DNA of 62,449 nucleotides, filler included, from an uncultured Methanosarcinales archaeon (GCA_964510025.1; 4 parts of 3 records of this genome joined end to end with filler, not necessarily neighbours in it); one strand, 5' to 3'; shown: positions 38,137 through 48,144, counted from the whole stretch's first letter. Numbers and translations are program-made. The notes: generated by a model from the letters alone, not told the origin.

Positions 38137-39105
38137 ATGACAATCGACAAGGAGGATATGCTGGCAGTCTTGGAGTCTTTTCCAAGCCAGTGCAGGAATG
38201 CCTTATCCTTGGCAGCCGGGATAACTGTGCCCAAGACAATAACCAATGTTGTAGTGACCGGGATGGGCGGTTCCGCGATCGGCGGCGATCTGCTCAGAAG
38301 CTATCTTATGGATTCTGATCTCCCTATAATTGTAAACCGAGGCTATCAAATACCTAAATTTGTGGATAGCAACACGCTGGTATTTGCAGTATCCTATTCA
38401 GGAAACACAGAAGAGACACTGTCTGCTGTTGCAGAAGCAAAGAAAAAGAAAGCGCATATAATCGGCATAACGTCAGGAGGAAAGCTGGCAAAGCAGGTAA
38501 AATCAATAATAAAGGTTCCTGTAGGTTTCCAGCCAAGAGCCGGCATCGGCTACCTGTTTTTTCCGATGCTGGGTGTCCTTTATAATTCAAGGCTTGCGGA
38601 CGTTAAGAACAAAGACCTGAATGAGATGTTCAACCTGCTGACTGATAAAGACTACTATAGGGAAGAGGCTAGGCGGCTTGCGTCTTTGATAAAGAACCGG
38701 AAACCTATAGTCTATTCTTCTGAACTATTCTATCCTGTAGCTTATCGGTTCAAGACACAGATAAATGAGAACGCTAAGTATCCAGCCTTCATCAATGTGT
38801 TCCCTGAAATGAACCATAATGAGATTAATGCTTTCCGGTTTATGGAAAGGAGCAAATTTATGGTATTTATGATAAGAGACCAATATGACCACCCAAGGAT
38901 CAAAAAAAGGATGAATATATGCACCGAAATAATGAATGAGAGGGTTGATGTTGAGGATATATTTACAAAAGGCCAATCACTATTAGCAAGGATGTTTTCC
39001 ACAATACATCTGCTCGATTTCTTATCCTATGAATTTGCCATAGCCAACAGGGTCGATCCAAGCCCTGTTGAGGTAATAGAACTGCTCAAGAAACAGTTAG
39101 GTTAA
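38137..39105 (+). CDS. Bifunctional phosphoglucose/phosphomannose isomerase
   Basis: GMGGSAIGG, SYSGNTEET, QPR, NENAK, PEMNHNE. Confidence 0.93.
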   Translation: MTIDKEDMLAVLESFPSQCRNALSLAAGITVPKTITNVVVTGMGGSAIGGDLLRSYLMDSDLPIIVNRGYQIPKFVDSNTLVFAVSYSGNTEETLSAVAEAKKKKAHIIGITSGGKLAKQVKSIIKVPVGFQPRAGIGYLFFPMLGVLYNSRLADVKNKDLNEMFNLLTDKDYYREEARRLASLIKNRKPIVYSSELFYPVAYRFKTQINENAKYPAFINVFPEMNHNEINAFRFMERSKFMVFMIRDQYDHPRIKKRMNICTEIMNERVDVEDIFTKGQSLLARMFSTIHLLDFLSYEFAIANRVDPSPVEVIELLKKQLG

Positions 39106-39106
39106 G

Positions 39107-39364
39107 ATGGGGGAGAAATTCAATCAGCATTTTATCCAGCTTGTCATCGGGCTCCAGACTACTGCCTGGATGGCTTTGGGGAAGCAGATAAATCCCCAGA
39201 AAGGAAAAGCTGAGGTAAACCTTGAGCTGGCCAGGGATTCAATAGATACATTGCTGATGCTGAAAGAGAAGACAATGGGAAATTTAACTGAAACAGAAAA
39301 AGGGATCCTTGAGAATTCTATGCAGGATCTCGAGCTAAATTATATAGAGGTTTCCAAGAGATAG
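39107..39364 (+). CDS. DUF1844 family protein
   Basis: ALG...NP......NLELARDSIDTL.ML.EKT.GNL..E. Confidence 0.8.
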   Translation: MGEKFNQHFIQLVIGLQTTAWMALGKQINPQKGKAEVNLELARDSIDTLLMLKEKTMGNLTETEKGILENSMQDLELNYIEVSKR

Positions 39365-39503
39365 GTTCTTTATCCGGGTTGTTCTTTACCGAAAGATTTA
39401 AATACTATCTTTTCCATATATATAATATAGTATATATATTGAGGAAATACCATTTGGTTAAAGGGGTGTAACTGAAATTCCTTAAGGAAATAAGGTTACT
39501 CAA

Positions 39504-40751
39504 ATGACAAAACCAGTAGTGTTGGTAAGCAGTTGGGCGAGAGACTGCGGTATTGCGACATTTGCTGAGGAAGCAGTTGCTTCTTTAAGGGACCCTTTAA
39601 GAAAAACAGCAAAGCAAGGAAGGCGTGTTCACGTTATTTCTCATACAGATGGGCATCCTCTGAATGGGGAGACAGTATACCCTATCATGGACCCATCACA
39701 TCCCCAGTGGGAGCAGCCTGTACTGGAACAGATTATCGCTTTAGATCCATATGTTGTGCATTTTCAGCATGAGTATGGGCTCTATGATGAAGAGAACGGA
39801 ACCCTGAATCCTGGATTTCTCAGGCTTCTAAAGGGATTGAATGCCGGAAGAGTTCCCACAGTTGTTGAGCCGCATACTATCCATTCTAGACCAAATCAAA
39901 AAGAGGAGGCCTTTATCAACAATCTTCTGGATCAGGCAGGTGTTGTAGTCGTAAAGGAGCCTTTTCTCAGGATGAGACTCCATGACTGGGTTTTAGCTGG
40001 CCACATACCAGATAATATCGCAGTTATAAGGCATGGAGTTATGCCCCATTATGCTAACAAATACAAAAGGAAAGAAGTTCTGGAGGAGCTGGGGCTTCAG
40101 GATCTGCAATCCAAGAACATCGCTCTTCTTGTAGGATGGATCCAGTCTAACAAGCGGTGGGACTATGTGCTGGAGCAATGGCCAGATATCGCAGCCAGGC
40201 TAAAGGCAGAACACGGGGGGGACTGGGTTCTTCTCGCTGCAGGCAAGTTGAGGGACCCGGCTAACCATCAAAGGGCCTATGAAAGATATATGGGTTTGCT
40301 AGCGCCGTTAATAAAACAAGGATTGGGAAGGTTCTATGAGTTTACCCCCAGAAATGCTAGGTATTACATGGTACTTAGCCTTGCAGATTTTGTAGTTTTG
40401 CCTTCTATTGATGAAACACAGTCCGGCACATTGGCAAGGATCATAGCCCTGAACAAGCCATATGTGACCTTTCCGGTAGAGGGACTGGGATATCAGACCG
40501 CTGAGAGCCAGGGGGGCCTGATTGCAGTGGATGAGGAAGCACTGGCTGACAGGATTACAGATCTGGCAACCAACCCAAAGTTAAGGGCTAGATTAGCGCA
40601 TAATCAGAGAGACTACCTAAATACCAGGGTCGGCTGGGATATAGTCGGAAGATTATATGTACTTTCTTATGAAGCTGCAAGGAAAGCTTCCATGAACAGC
40701 GGTACAGCGCATATTACTATGGGGGATCCCCTGTACAATGGACATTTCTAA
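39504..40751 (+). CDS. GT4-family glycosyltransferase
   Basis: CGIATF, HFQHEYGLY, HT, IRHG, K, QSGTL motifs. Confidence 0.85.
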   Translation: MTKPVVLVSSWARDCGIATFAEEAVASLRDPLRKTAKQGRRVHVISHTDGHPLNGETVYPIMDPSHPQWEQPVLEQIIALDPYVVHFQHEYGLYDEENGTLNPGFLRLLKGLNAGRVPTVVEPHTIHSRPNQKEEAFINNLLDQAGVVVVKEPFLRMRLHDWVLAGHIPDNIAVIRHGVMPHYANKYKRKEVLEELGLQDLQSKNIALLVGWIQSNKRWDYVLEQWPDIAARLKAEHGGDWVLLAAGKLRDPANHQRAYERYMGLLAPLIKQGLGRFYEFTPRNARYYMVLSLADFVVLPSIDETQSGTLARIIALNKPYVTFPVEGLGYQTAESQGGLIAVDEEALADRITDLATNPKLRARLAHNQRDYLNTRVGWDIVGRLYVLSYEAARKASMNSGTAHITMGDPLYNGHF

Positions 40752-41077
40752 TGCAGTATCCTGATCATGCCTTTCTCTTCGGCCAGTTCACCTCTGCATA
40801 TTAGATCATCTACAGCTTGTTCAGAGAATTTTTCCAGTAATTCTATAGAAGGTACCTGGTGCCTCTTCTTGACATAGGAGAGGATATCATCATATGCTTC
40901 CTTGTCTCGCTGTTCGAGCTTATCTTTTACTGCCTGTAGATGCTTGCAAAGACCGTTTATCTTTGCCATCCTGAATCTGTAATGCGGGCAACTGCAGCTG
41001 TTTTTTTCAGGATCTACAATATAGTACCTTTCATTGCTCTTAACCTTATATTTGCTGCCTTCTTTCACTATTATCAT
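40748..41077 (-). CDS. SWIM Zn-finger protein
   Basis: CSCP...CKH. Confidence 0.85.
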   Translation of the reverse strand: MIIVKEGSKYKVKSNERYYIVDPEKNSCSCPHYRFRMAKINGLCKHLQAVKDKLEQRDKEAYDDILSYVKKRHQVPSIELLEKFSEQAVDDLICRGELAEEKGMIRILH

Positions 41078-41153
41078 ATGTTCTGTATAAGCTAGTGCAT
41101 TATAAAAAACTTATTGCAAAAAGTATATATAGAAAATTAGATTACTAAACAAT

Positions 41154-43208
41154 ATGATTGTAAAGTCAATAGCACTGGAAAACATCCGCAGCTATCTTAA
41201 TGAGACCATTGATTTTCCTACAGGATCCATACTGCTATCAGGGGATATAGGTTCTGGCAAATCGACAATACTTCTTGCAATAGAGTTTGCGCTGTTTGGG
41301 GTGAAAAGAAAAGAGCTTTCAGGAGCAGCTCTGTTAAGACATGGTAAAAATTCCGGTTCAGTACAGCTCAAGTTGGAAATCCAAGGCCAGGAAATTTTGA
41401 TCAAGCGTTTCCTGAAAAGAGCAAAAGAGGATGTTAAGCAGGAAGCAGGCTATATAGTAAAGGGCGGAAAGAAGAAAGAAGCAACACACCTTGAACTCAA
41501 GACTGAAATCCTGGAGCTTTTAGGGTACCCTGCAGAGCTTGTCACAAAAAGCAAAGATCTGGTATATAGGTATACTGTGTACACCCCCCAGGAAGCCATG
41601 AAGCAGATTATCCTGGAGGACAAGGACATACGACTTGATACACTAAGGAAGGTATTTGACGTGGATAGGTACAAGAGGATACGGGAAAACGTACAGGTAT
41701 ATACTCGGGAGCTGAAAGACAGGAGAAAGACATACGAAGGCAGGATTGCGGACCTGCAGGAAAAACAGAAGCTCAAGAAAGAGAAGGCAAATGAGAAAAA
41801 GAAAATTGAGGATAGAATGGACCAGCTTTTGCCTGAATTTGTGAAGTCAAAAACAGAGGTCGATGAGAAAAGGAAGCTGCTGGATATAATGGACAAGCAG
41901 AAGACAGAGCTCAATAAGCTGGAAAACCAGCTTGAAATCCAGGAGGTAAATCTAAAGAACAAGCTCCAGAACAGGAAAAACGCGCTGGATGAAGTTGATA
42001 AGCTAGGAAAAGAAATTAAGAAGCTTGAGAGCGAGCTAAAGCAAGCTGATAGCGAAAAAGTCGGGAAATATTCTGATAAGGAAAAAGAAAAACAGGCACT
42101 AGAAAAGAAGATGATGAGGACCACCGGGGCCCTATCTGAACTGGAAACAAAAAAAAGATTATCAGCCTCAACACTAGACAAGGTCATGAAACTGGACAAA
42201 TGTCCGATGTGCCTGCAGCAGGTGACAGAAGAGCACAAAAATTCCATAAAGGAGAGGGAAGCCAAGATTATCCTGGATTCGAACAGAGGGATAGAATCGT
42301 TTAGGGGAGAGTATAAGAAGTATCAGCAGGAACTGGAGAAGATTGAAAAGGACCTTGATATGTTAAGGAAAAGGCAGCTGGAGCTGAAGGCTCTTGAGCT
42401 GAAAAAAAAGGAACTTGAAGAAAAAGGGAGAAAAAAAGATGAGCTAGAAAAAAGATGCCTGGAGATCAAGAAAGAGATAGGACAAATAAACATGGAAAAA
42501 CTGGAATTAAGGAAAAGGATCGAGAGCTTCGGAAAACTGGATGAAGAGTACAGGATTCTGCGGTCAGCCCTGGACAAAGCCCAAAAAAATGAGAAAGAGA
42601 TAGAGAGCAGCGTACGCGAGCTTAAGGGCAGGAAGGATGAAATGGGCAAGCTGATAAACATGCTCGATCAAGAGATAAAGAGCAGGCTCGACATCAAGGA
42701 GAAACTAAAGAATATAGTCCACTATATAAACTGGCTTGAGGACAATTTTGTAAGGCTTGTTGCGTCTATAGAGAAGCACGTGATGCTGCAGGTCCACAGG
42801 GAATTCAATGACCTTTTCCAGACATGGTTCAATATGCTTCTCAACGATGAGACGATCAATGTACGATTGAACGATGAATTTTCGCCGGTAGTGGAGCAGA
42901 ATGGGTATGAAACGAGCATAATAAGCCTGAGCGGCGGAGAGCGCACATCTATAGCGCTTGCATATCGACTTGCACTGAACAGGGTGATAAATGATGTCAT
43001 AAGCCAGATCAGGACCAAAGACATAATAATACTTGATGAGCCTACAGACGGCTTCAGTTCTGAGCAACTTGATAAGTTAAGGGATGTTCTTGATGAGCTC
43101 AGGATAAAACAGGTTATATTGGTTTCCCATGAGAACAAGATAGAAAGTTTTGTGGATAATGTGATCAGGATCGAAAAAAGAGAGCATATCAGCAGAGCTG
43201 TTTTTTAA
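41154..43208 (+). CDS. rad50: Rad50/SbcC-like SMC ATPase
   Basis: Walker A GDIGSGKS, Q-loop, coiled coil with CPMC Zn hook, LSGGE, LDEPT, SH. Confidence 0.88.
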   Translation: MIVKSIALENIRSYLNETIDFPTGSILLSGDIGSGKSTILLAIEFALFGVKRKELSGAALLRHGKNSGSVQLKLEIQGQEILIKRFLKRAKEDVKQEAGYIVKGGKKKEATHLELKTEILELLGYPAELVTKSKDLVYRYTVYTPQEAMKQIILEDKDIRLDTLRKVFDVDRYKRIRENVQVYTRELKDRRKTYEGRIADLQEKQKLKKEKANEKKKIEDRMDQLLPEFVKSKTEVDEKRKLLDIMDKQKTELNKLENQLEIQEVNLKNKLQNRKNALDEVDKLGKEIKKLESELKQADSEKVGKYSDKEKEKQALEKKMMRTTGALSELETKKRLSASTLDKVMKLDKCPMCLQQVTEEHKNSIKEREAKIILDSNRGIESFRGEYKKYQQELEKIEKDLDMLRKRQLELKALELKKKELEEKGRKKDELEKRCLEIKKEIGQINMEKLELRKRIESFGKLDEEYRILRSALDKAQKNEKEIESSVRELKGRKDEMGKLINMLDQEIKSRLDIKEKLKNIVHYINWLEDNFVRLVASIEKHVMLQVHREFNDLFQTWFNMLLNDETINVRLNDEFSPVVEQNGYETSIISLSGGERTSIALAYRLALNRVINDVISQIRTKDIIILDEPTDGFSSEQLDKLRDVLDELRIKQVILVSHENKIESFVDNVIRIEKREHISRAVF

Positions 43209-43270
43209 GAAATCTATTTAAACTAATCAGTTTTCAGCTATGCAAGAAGTGGTTTTAGGGGCTTTGGTGT

Positions 43271-43418
43271 TTGACACGCAATGAGGGTCTCCTCACTTCG
43301 TTCGTCAAGCCCTCGATGGGGCTGTAGTGTAACCATGGCAACTGGTTATGCTCGGTTGACACGCAATGAGGGTTTCCTCACTTCGTTCGTCAAGCCCTCG
43401 ATGGGGCTGTAGTGTAAC
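43271..43418. repeat. 63-bp direct repeat including the 5' 16 nt of tRNA-Pro
   Basis: 43271-43333 vs 43356-43418, one mismatch. Confidence 0.92.
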
Positions 43419-43540
43419 TTGGTATCACTGTACCTTGGGGATTAGCTCCAACCTTGGGTTGTACCTAGGGCCAAAGTGGTATTAATCGGGGTTCAAATAA
43501 GGAATCAGTCTTGATTTCTATGAAAATCCTCGCAGCCCCA
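43403..43540 (+). tRNA. tRNA-Pro(GGG) with two introns (37/38 and T-loop)
   Basis: Acceptor GGGGCTG/CAGCCCC; GTACC-TTGGGG^T-GGTAT; CGGGG-TTCAAA^T-CCTCG. Removing ~43441-43476 and ~43498-43526 leaves a 73-nt cloverleaf. Confidence 0.85.
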
Positions 43541-43595
43541 TTTAAAACCAAAGCTTTAAATAGGAGTATTGTTACTTTTAAGTGAAGTGGGACAT

Positions 43596-45038
43596 ATGAA
43601 AAAGGGTGTTTTGGTACAGATAATAGCGTTAGTTCTGTGTTTAACAGCTGTTTCCGGCTTTGAGGTATCAAAAGAGAAGATTAAGGATACTATTACGCTA
43701 GATGGTCTTGCTGAATATAACATTACCATCCACAATAACCTGGATACAACGCAATACTATAAGATAAGGACACTGGATTATCCTGTATGGGATGTATATA
43801 CCAAACCAGTCCGCAACCCTATAGTCGTGGAAGTAGTACCCAGGAGCCAATCATCTGTCAGGTTATTTGTAGATCCGCTGCATGTACTTTCAGTTGGCAC
43901 GGTGGATGTGAATATAAGGATAGCGAGTCTGGACTCCAAGGAGATAAAAATTGTACCTCTGAGAGTAAGCATCGTCTCAACAGGTTCGCTAATCCAGGGA
44001 TATGTGCCTACTGTGATAGCTAATGTTAAGATATCCCAGGATGGAGAGGAAACCATAAGCATAGACCCGAGAAGACAGTTCACTCTCCACATAAGGCTCG
44101 ATAACCAGAATCCGCTGGATTATGATGAGCTGACAATCAAGCTGAATAGCAATACTATGAATAAGGAGATCAGGGAGGAACTTGCGCCAAATGAGAAAAA
44201 AGAGCTTGAAGTTGAAGTGAAGATAGACCCAAAGACAGAACCTCAAGAAGATACACTGGTCGTAAGCATCAACAGCGGCGATAAGGTAATCGTAGATCCC
44301 ATGATCAGCAAGTTTAGGATTGAGGAATATACAAATATTGAGAAGGAAACAATACCCAAAAATGGGTTTCTTAAGGTGAAAAACCAGGTAGTCTTCACCA
44401 ACACAGGCAATTCGGAATACACTGGTGTTGTGGAGACAGAAACAACACCCTTCAGAAGCTTGTTTACCCTAACTGATCCTAAGGGAAAGATAGTAGCGAA
44501 AGACGGGGGAAGATATATCCAATGGAGCGCTGAGCTTGGGCCAGGAGAATCAAAGACTTTTGTTGTGGATGAGAACTACACTGTCATGCTTGTGCTGGCC
44601 ATCTTGATAGTAATCGGAGTGCTGGTCTATTACATCTACAAGAGCCCTCTGGTAATCAACAAAGAGGCGTCTAACATCGAAAAAAGAGAGGGAGGCATAT
44701 CTGATTTTAAGGTTGTGCTAACCATCACCAATAGGGGTTCTGTGCCGATCAAGGACATCGCTGTTTCAGACAAGATCCCAAAAATTGCTGATGTTGAGAG
44801 GGAGCTTAGCATAGGGACATTGCAGCCCACTAAGATATTGAAGCATGATAAAAAAGGAACACTCATAAAATGGATCATCGATGACCTGGCACCAGGGGAG
44901 GAAAGGGTAATCACCTATCATATAAAGTCCATACTCACAATACTTGGGGAATTCAATCTGCCAGCTGCCACTGCCCGATTTACATTTAAGGACAACCAAA
45001 GGACCGCTAAATCCAACAGCCTTACCATCTCATCGTAA
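43596..45038 (+). CDS. Secreted Ig-like/CARDB-like membrane protein
   Basis: Signal peptide, beta-rich domains, internal TM helix, C-terminal DUF11-like domain (V.D.IP...W...L.PGE). Confidence 0.8.
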   Translation: MKKGVLVQIIALVLCLTAVSGFEVSKEKIKDTITLDGLAEYNITIHNNLDTTQYYKIRTLDYPVWDVYTKPVRNPIVVEVVPRSQSSVRLFVDPLHVLSVGTVDVNIRIASLDSKEIKIVPLRVSIVSTGSLIQGYVPTVIANVKISQDGEETISIDPRRQFTLHIRLDNQNPLDYDELTIKLNSNTMNKEIREELAPNEKKELEVEVKIDPKTEPQEDTLVVSINSGDKVIVDPMISKFRIEEYTNIEKETIPKNGFLKVKNQVVFTNTGNSEYTGVVETETTPFRSLFTLTDPKGKIVAKDGGRYIQWSAELGPGESKTFVVDENYTVMLVLAILIVIGVLVYYIYKSPLVINKEASNIEKREGGISDFKVVLTITNRGSVPIKDIAVSDKIPKIADVERELSIGTLQPTKILKHDKKGTLIKWIIDDLAPGEERVITYHIKSILTILGEFNLPAATARFTFKDNQRTAKSNSLTISS

Positions 45039-45072
45039 TCTTTATAAATCAAATTGGTTTTCTGAAGCAAAG

Positions 45073-45258
45073 CCCCTCTTAGCTCAGTGGCTAGAGCGAT
45101 CGGCTGTAGATAAATTCACTGTTTGACTGAGCTTCCAGCTTCGGATGAAAAACAGGCAGCTGATACCGATAGATCCCCGGTTCAAGAGCCTGGCGGTCGA
45201 CATACAAATGGGAGCTAGTGCTCACCTAACAGTCAGCCTGAAAGTCCGGGAGAGGGGA
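45073..45258 (+). tRNA. tRNA-Tyr(GTA) with two introns (37/38 and T-loop)
   Basis: Acceptor CCCCTCT/AGAGGGG (C1-G72); ATCGG-CTGTAG^A-CCGAT; CCCGG-TTCAAG^T-CCGGG; introns ~45110-45164 and ~45187-45244. Confidence 0.88.
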
Positions 45259-45330
45259 TTGGCTGGGATTTACCCAGCCGCATCTTCTTAAAACAGAAAC
45301 CTTTTTAAACCAAAAGTCTTTTCCTTTTCT

Positions 45331-46350
45331 ATGGTAAGTAGGTATAAAATCGCCACTATCGGTTCTCATTCTGCTTTACAGATACTTAAAGGAGCGAAGG
45401 ACGAAGGGTTTTCTACGATATGTATCTGCGTAAAAGGAAAGGAAAAACCATATCAGCAGTTTAAGGTTGCAGACCAAATCATCAGCATAGACAGCTATGA
45501 TGATTTTGAGCATATCCAGAACAAACTGTTAGAGGAAAAAGCAATCATAATCCCTCATGCTTCCTTTATCGCATATATGGGATTTGAGAGAATCCAGGAA
45601 CTAAAGGTGCCATATTTTGGAAACAAGCAGATACTGGAGTGGGAGTCTGACAGGAGCAAGGAGAGGATATGGCTTTCAAATGCAGGCCTGCATCTTCCAA
45701 AGATCTTCAAAAAGCCTGAGGATATTGACAGGCCGGTTATAGTGAAATTCCACGGGGCAGGCGGCGGAAAAGGATATTTCTTGGCGAAAACCCCAAAAGA
45801 TTTTGCCAGAAAAATAAAGCTGCATCCCAAAAGCAAAAAATATGTCATCCAGGAGTACATTTTGGGCGTGCATATGTATGCCCATTATTTTCACAGCCCT
45901 CTGACAGGCGAAACTGAGCTTATGGGATTTGACAAAAGATATGAGAGCAACGTAGACAGCCTTGGGAGGATATCTGCCAGGGACCAGATGGCACTGCCTC
46001 AGGCACAGGTCGATCCCAGCTACGTTATTGTCGGCAACATACCTTTGGTTGTAAGGGAATCATACCTGACAAGATACATAACAAAGGGAGAGAGGGTTGT
46101 AAGGGAAAGCAAGAAGATAGCTCCACCAGGTCTATTCGGTCCGTTTTGTCTTGAGACAATAATGACTCCGGATGGAGATATTGTGACATTTGAGATTTCT
46201 GCCAGGATTGTAGCAGGTACAAATCCCTATGTTCACGGCAGCCCTTATACATGGCTTAGGTATAATGAGCCAATGTCAACAGGAAGGAGGATCGCAAGAG
46301 AAATAAAGACGGCCATAGATAAAGATAAACTAGGGGCATTATTGCATTAA
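45331..46350 (+). CDS. purP: FAICAR synthetase (formate--AICAR ligase)
   Basis: GSHSALQILKGAKDEGF, GGKGYF, RYESN, GPFCLE, FEISARIVAGTN, MSTGRRIAREI. Confidence 0.93.
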   Translation: MVSRYKIATIGSHSALQILKGAKDEGFSTICICVKGKEKPYQQFKVADQIISIDSYDDFEHIQNKLLEEKAIIIPHASFIAYMGFERIQELKVPYFGNKQILEWESDRSKERIWLSNAGLHLPKIFKKPEDIDRPVIVKFHGAGGGKGYFLAKTPKDFARKIKLHPKSKKYVIQEYILGVHMYAHYFHSPLTGETELMGFDKRYESNVDSLGRISARDQMALPQAQVDPSYVIVGNIPLVVRESYLTRYITKGERVVRESKKIAPPGLFGPFCLETIMTPDGDIVTFEISARIVAGTNPYVHGSPYTWLRYNEPMSTGRRIAREIKTAIDKDKLGALLH

Positions 46351-46351
46351 A

Positions 46352-47011
46352 ATGAGAAGCACATTTATAGCGGTATTTGTCATACTATCCTTTTTAACAT
46401 CAGCTTACGATTTAAGCAACCTCGAAGAAAGTTTTGTCGATAGCGGAGAGATAACCTGCTATGTCGTTGTAGGCGACAACGGCTCCAGCTCTGATGTACT
46501 GGCACAACTTGACATCATCAACTATCTGGGCAAATTTAGCTCTAGCCCACCTATGGGAATAGCCAAACTGGCTTCAGAGGTAGAAGATATATATTCACAA
46601 GATATCATTTCTATAGGCAATCCCTGCATCAACCCAGTCACCTCTGAAATCATGGGATATGACGGAGACTGTGTATTTGAAGATGGCATCATGAGATTTT
46701 ATGATAATCGAGGAAAGACACAGCTGGTCATCTATGGGGCTTCTGAGGAGTCTACAAGGGAAGCTGTCAGCTCGGTCACCGGTAATGAGGTTCATGGCGA
46801 GCAAGCAGTTGTTGAACTAACCTTAGAAGAAAAGAACGACAGGCAAAAGGAGATGGAAGAACTCCTCAGGAGGACAGAAGAAAACAGGGAAAGACCGCAT
46901 GAGACTTTGGAAGAAGAGGCCATACCTGAAGCGGAACCAGTTGTCGAGGAAAAGGAAGAGGGCATCTTTTCAGCAATCATGAACTTTTTTAAAAGACTAT
47001 TTGCAAAATGA
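46352..47011 (+). CDS. Secreted S-layer-domain-like protein
   Basis: Signal peptide; VVVG....SSD...LASEV...IISIGNPCIN...LVIYG resembles archaeal S-layer domains; C-terminal amphipathic FFKRLF. Confidence 0.65.
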   Translation: MRSTFIAVFVILSFLTSAYDLSNLEESFVDSGEITCYVVVGDNGSSSDVLAQLDIINYLGKFSSSPPMGIAKLASEVEDIYSQDIISIGNPCINPVTSEIMGYDGDCVFEDGIMRFYDNRGKTQLVIYGASEESTREAVSSVTGNEVHGEQAVVELTLEEKNDRQKEMEELLRRTEENRERPHETLEEEAIPEAEPVVEEKEEGIFSAIMNFFKRLFAK

Positions 47012-47624
47012 ATATAGCTAAGATTTTGGAAAAATACGACAGAGATAATATACATATCGGTGTTCTTGGGGGCCACTCAGCTTTGGATGTATGCAGAGGA
47101 GCAAAGAAGCTGGGATTCAAGACAGTTGCAGTCTGCCAGAAAGGCAGGGAGAAGACATATGCCCAGTATTATCGATGCAGAGATGACAAGGGCTGTGTTG
47201 ATGAGGTTATCCTTGTTGACAAATTTAAGGATGTCGTGAAGAAAGAAATCCAGGAGAAGCTAAGGAAACTTAACACCATCTTTATACACAACAGATATTT
47301 TTGGGTCTATTTTGACGAGTACGCAGATGTTGAGAAAAAATTTGAGGTCCCTATATTCGGTACAAGAGACATGGTCAGGTTGGAGGAGAGGGACCAGCCA
47401 AATAACCAGTATTATCTGCTGAAAAAAGCCGGAATCAGAATCCCCAAGATCTACAGTGATCCGCAACAGATAGACAGACTTGTTATCGTAAAGGTAAATG
47501 AAGCTATGAGGGCATATGAAAGGGCTTTCTTTTTCTGTAACAGCTATAAGGAGTTTCTCAGCAAAAGCAAAGAGATGCTTCAAAACAAGACTATCAGCAA
47601 GAAAGATCTCGACAAAGCTGTTAT
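47008..47624 (+). CDS. purP: PurP-like (DUF1297) paralog, 3'-truncated
   Basis: LGGHSALDVCRGAKKLGF, HNR, ERAFF; ends at the linker. Confidence 0.85.
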
Positions 47625-47724
47625 NNNNNNNNNNNNNNNNNNNNNNNNNNNNNNNNNNNNNNNNNNNNTTAATTAATTAANNNNNNNNNNNNNNNNNNNN
47701 NNNNNNNNNNNNNNNNNNNNNNNN
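47625..47724. other. Artificial contig-joining linker
   Basis: N44-TTAATTAATTAA-N44. Confidence 0.97.
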
Positions 47725-47740
47725 AGCGCTATGCATATCC

Positions 47741-48019
47741 TTACCTTAGCCATACTCTCATTACCCGTGCCTTGATATCATGTCTGCTGAAAAAGTCTGA
47801 CAGAATGAATGCCTGTTCTGCTGTGCTTAGGATGACATTGCTGGCCAGCTTCCTGAAGCCTGGCTCATCAACGATCCCCTTATGATGATATACCTTCCCC
47901 CTTTTCTTGTTCTTGTAGCCGAATAGCTTTCTTATCGCCCCCACCTTCCTCTTCTGGGGCATCCCCTTTAGGTCGTATATGTGAAGCACATGGCTCCTCA
48001 GGCCTTTCATCAGCCCCAT
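47741..48019 (-). CDS. Small basic protein, possible Cas2/PaaX-like ferredoxin fold
   Basis: IYDL....KRK....RKLFGY...G...L.SNVI pattern. Confidence 0.5.
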   Translation of the reverse strand: MGLMKGLRSHVLHIYDLKGMPQKRKVGAIRKLFGYKNKKRGKVYHHKGIVDEPGFRKLASNVILSTAEQAFILSDFFSRHDIKARVMRVWLR

Positions 48020-48144
48020 ATCCGCATCAGGACTATATAAATCTTTCTGTAATCTACTACATAATTATGATATATATTACATAAAAAGATAATATTCCTC
48101 CTTAAATATGTTATAAATTACATACTTATGTAACTAATTACATA

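Noticed and set aside
39467..39500. SECIS-like hairpin (GTAACT-GAA...TTCCTTAAGGAA...GGTTAC)
   Set aside because: No in-frame UGA selenoprotein candidate or Sec machinery nearby; more likely a simple leader hairpin or operator.
41450..43138. Long antisense ORFs opposite rad50 (similar ones lie opposite coaBC and the 56871 gene)
   Set aside because: Ser/Phe/Leu-rich shadows of Lys/Glu-rich sense genes.
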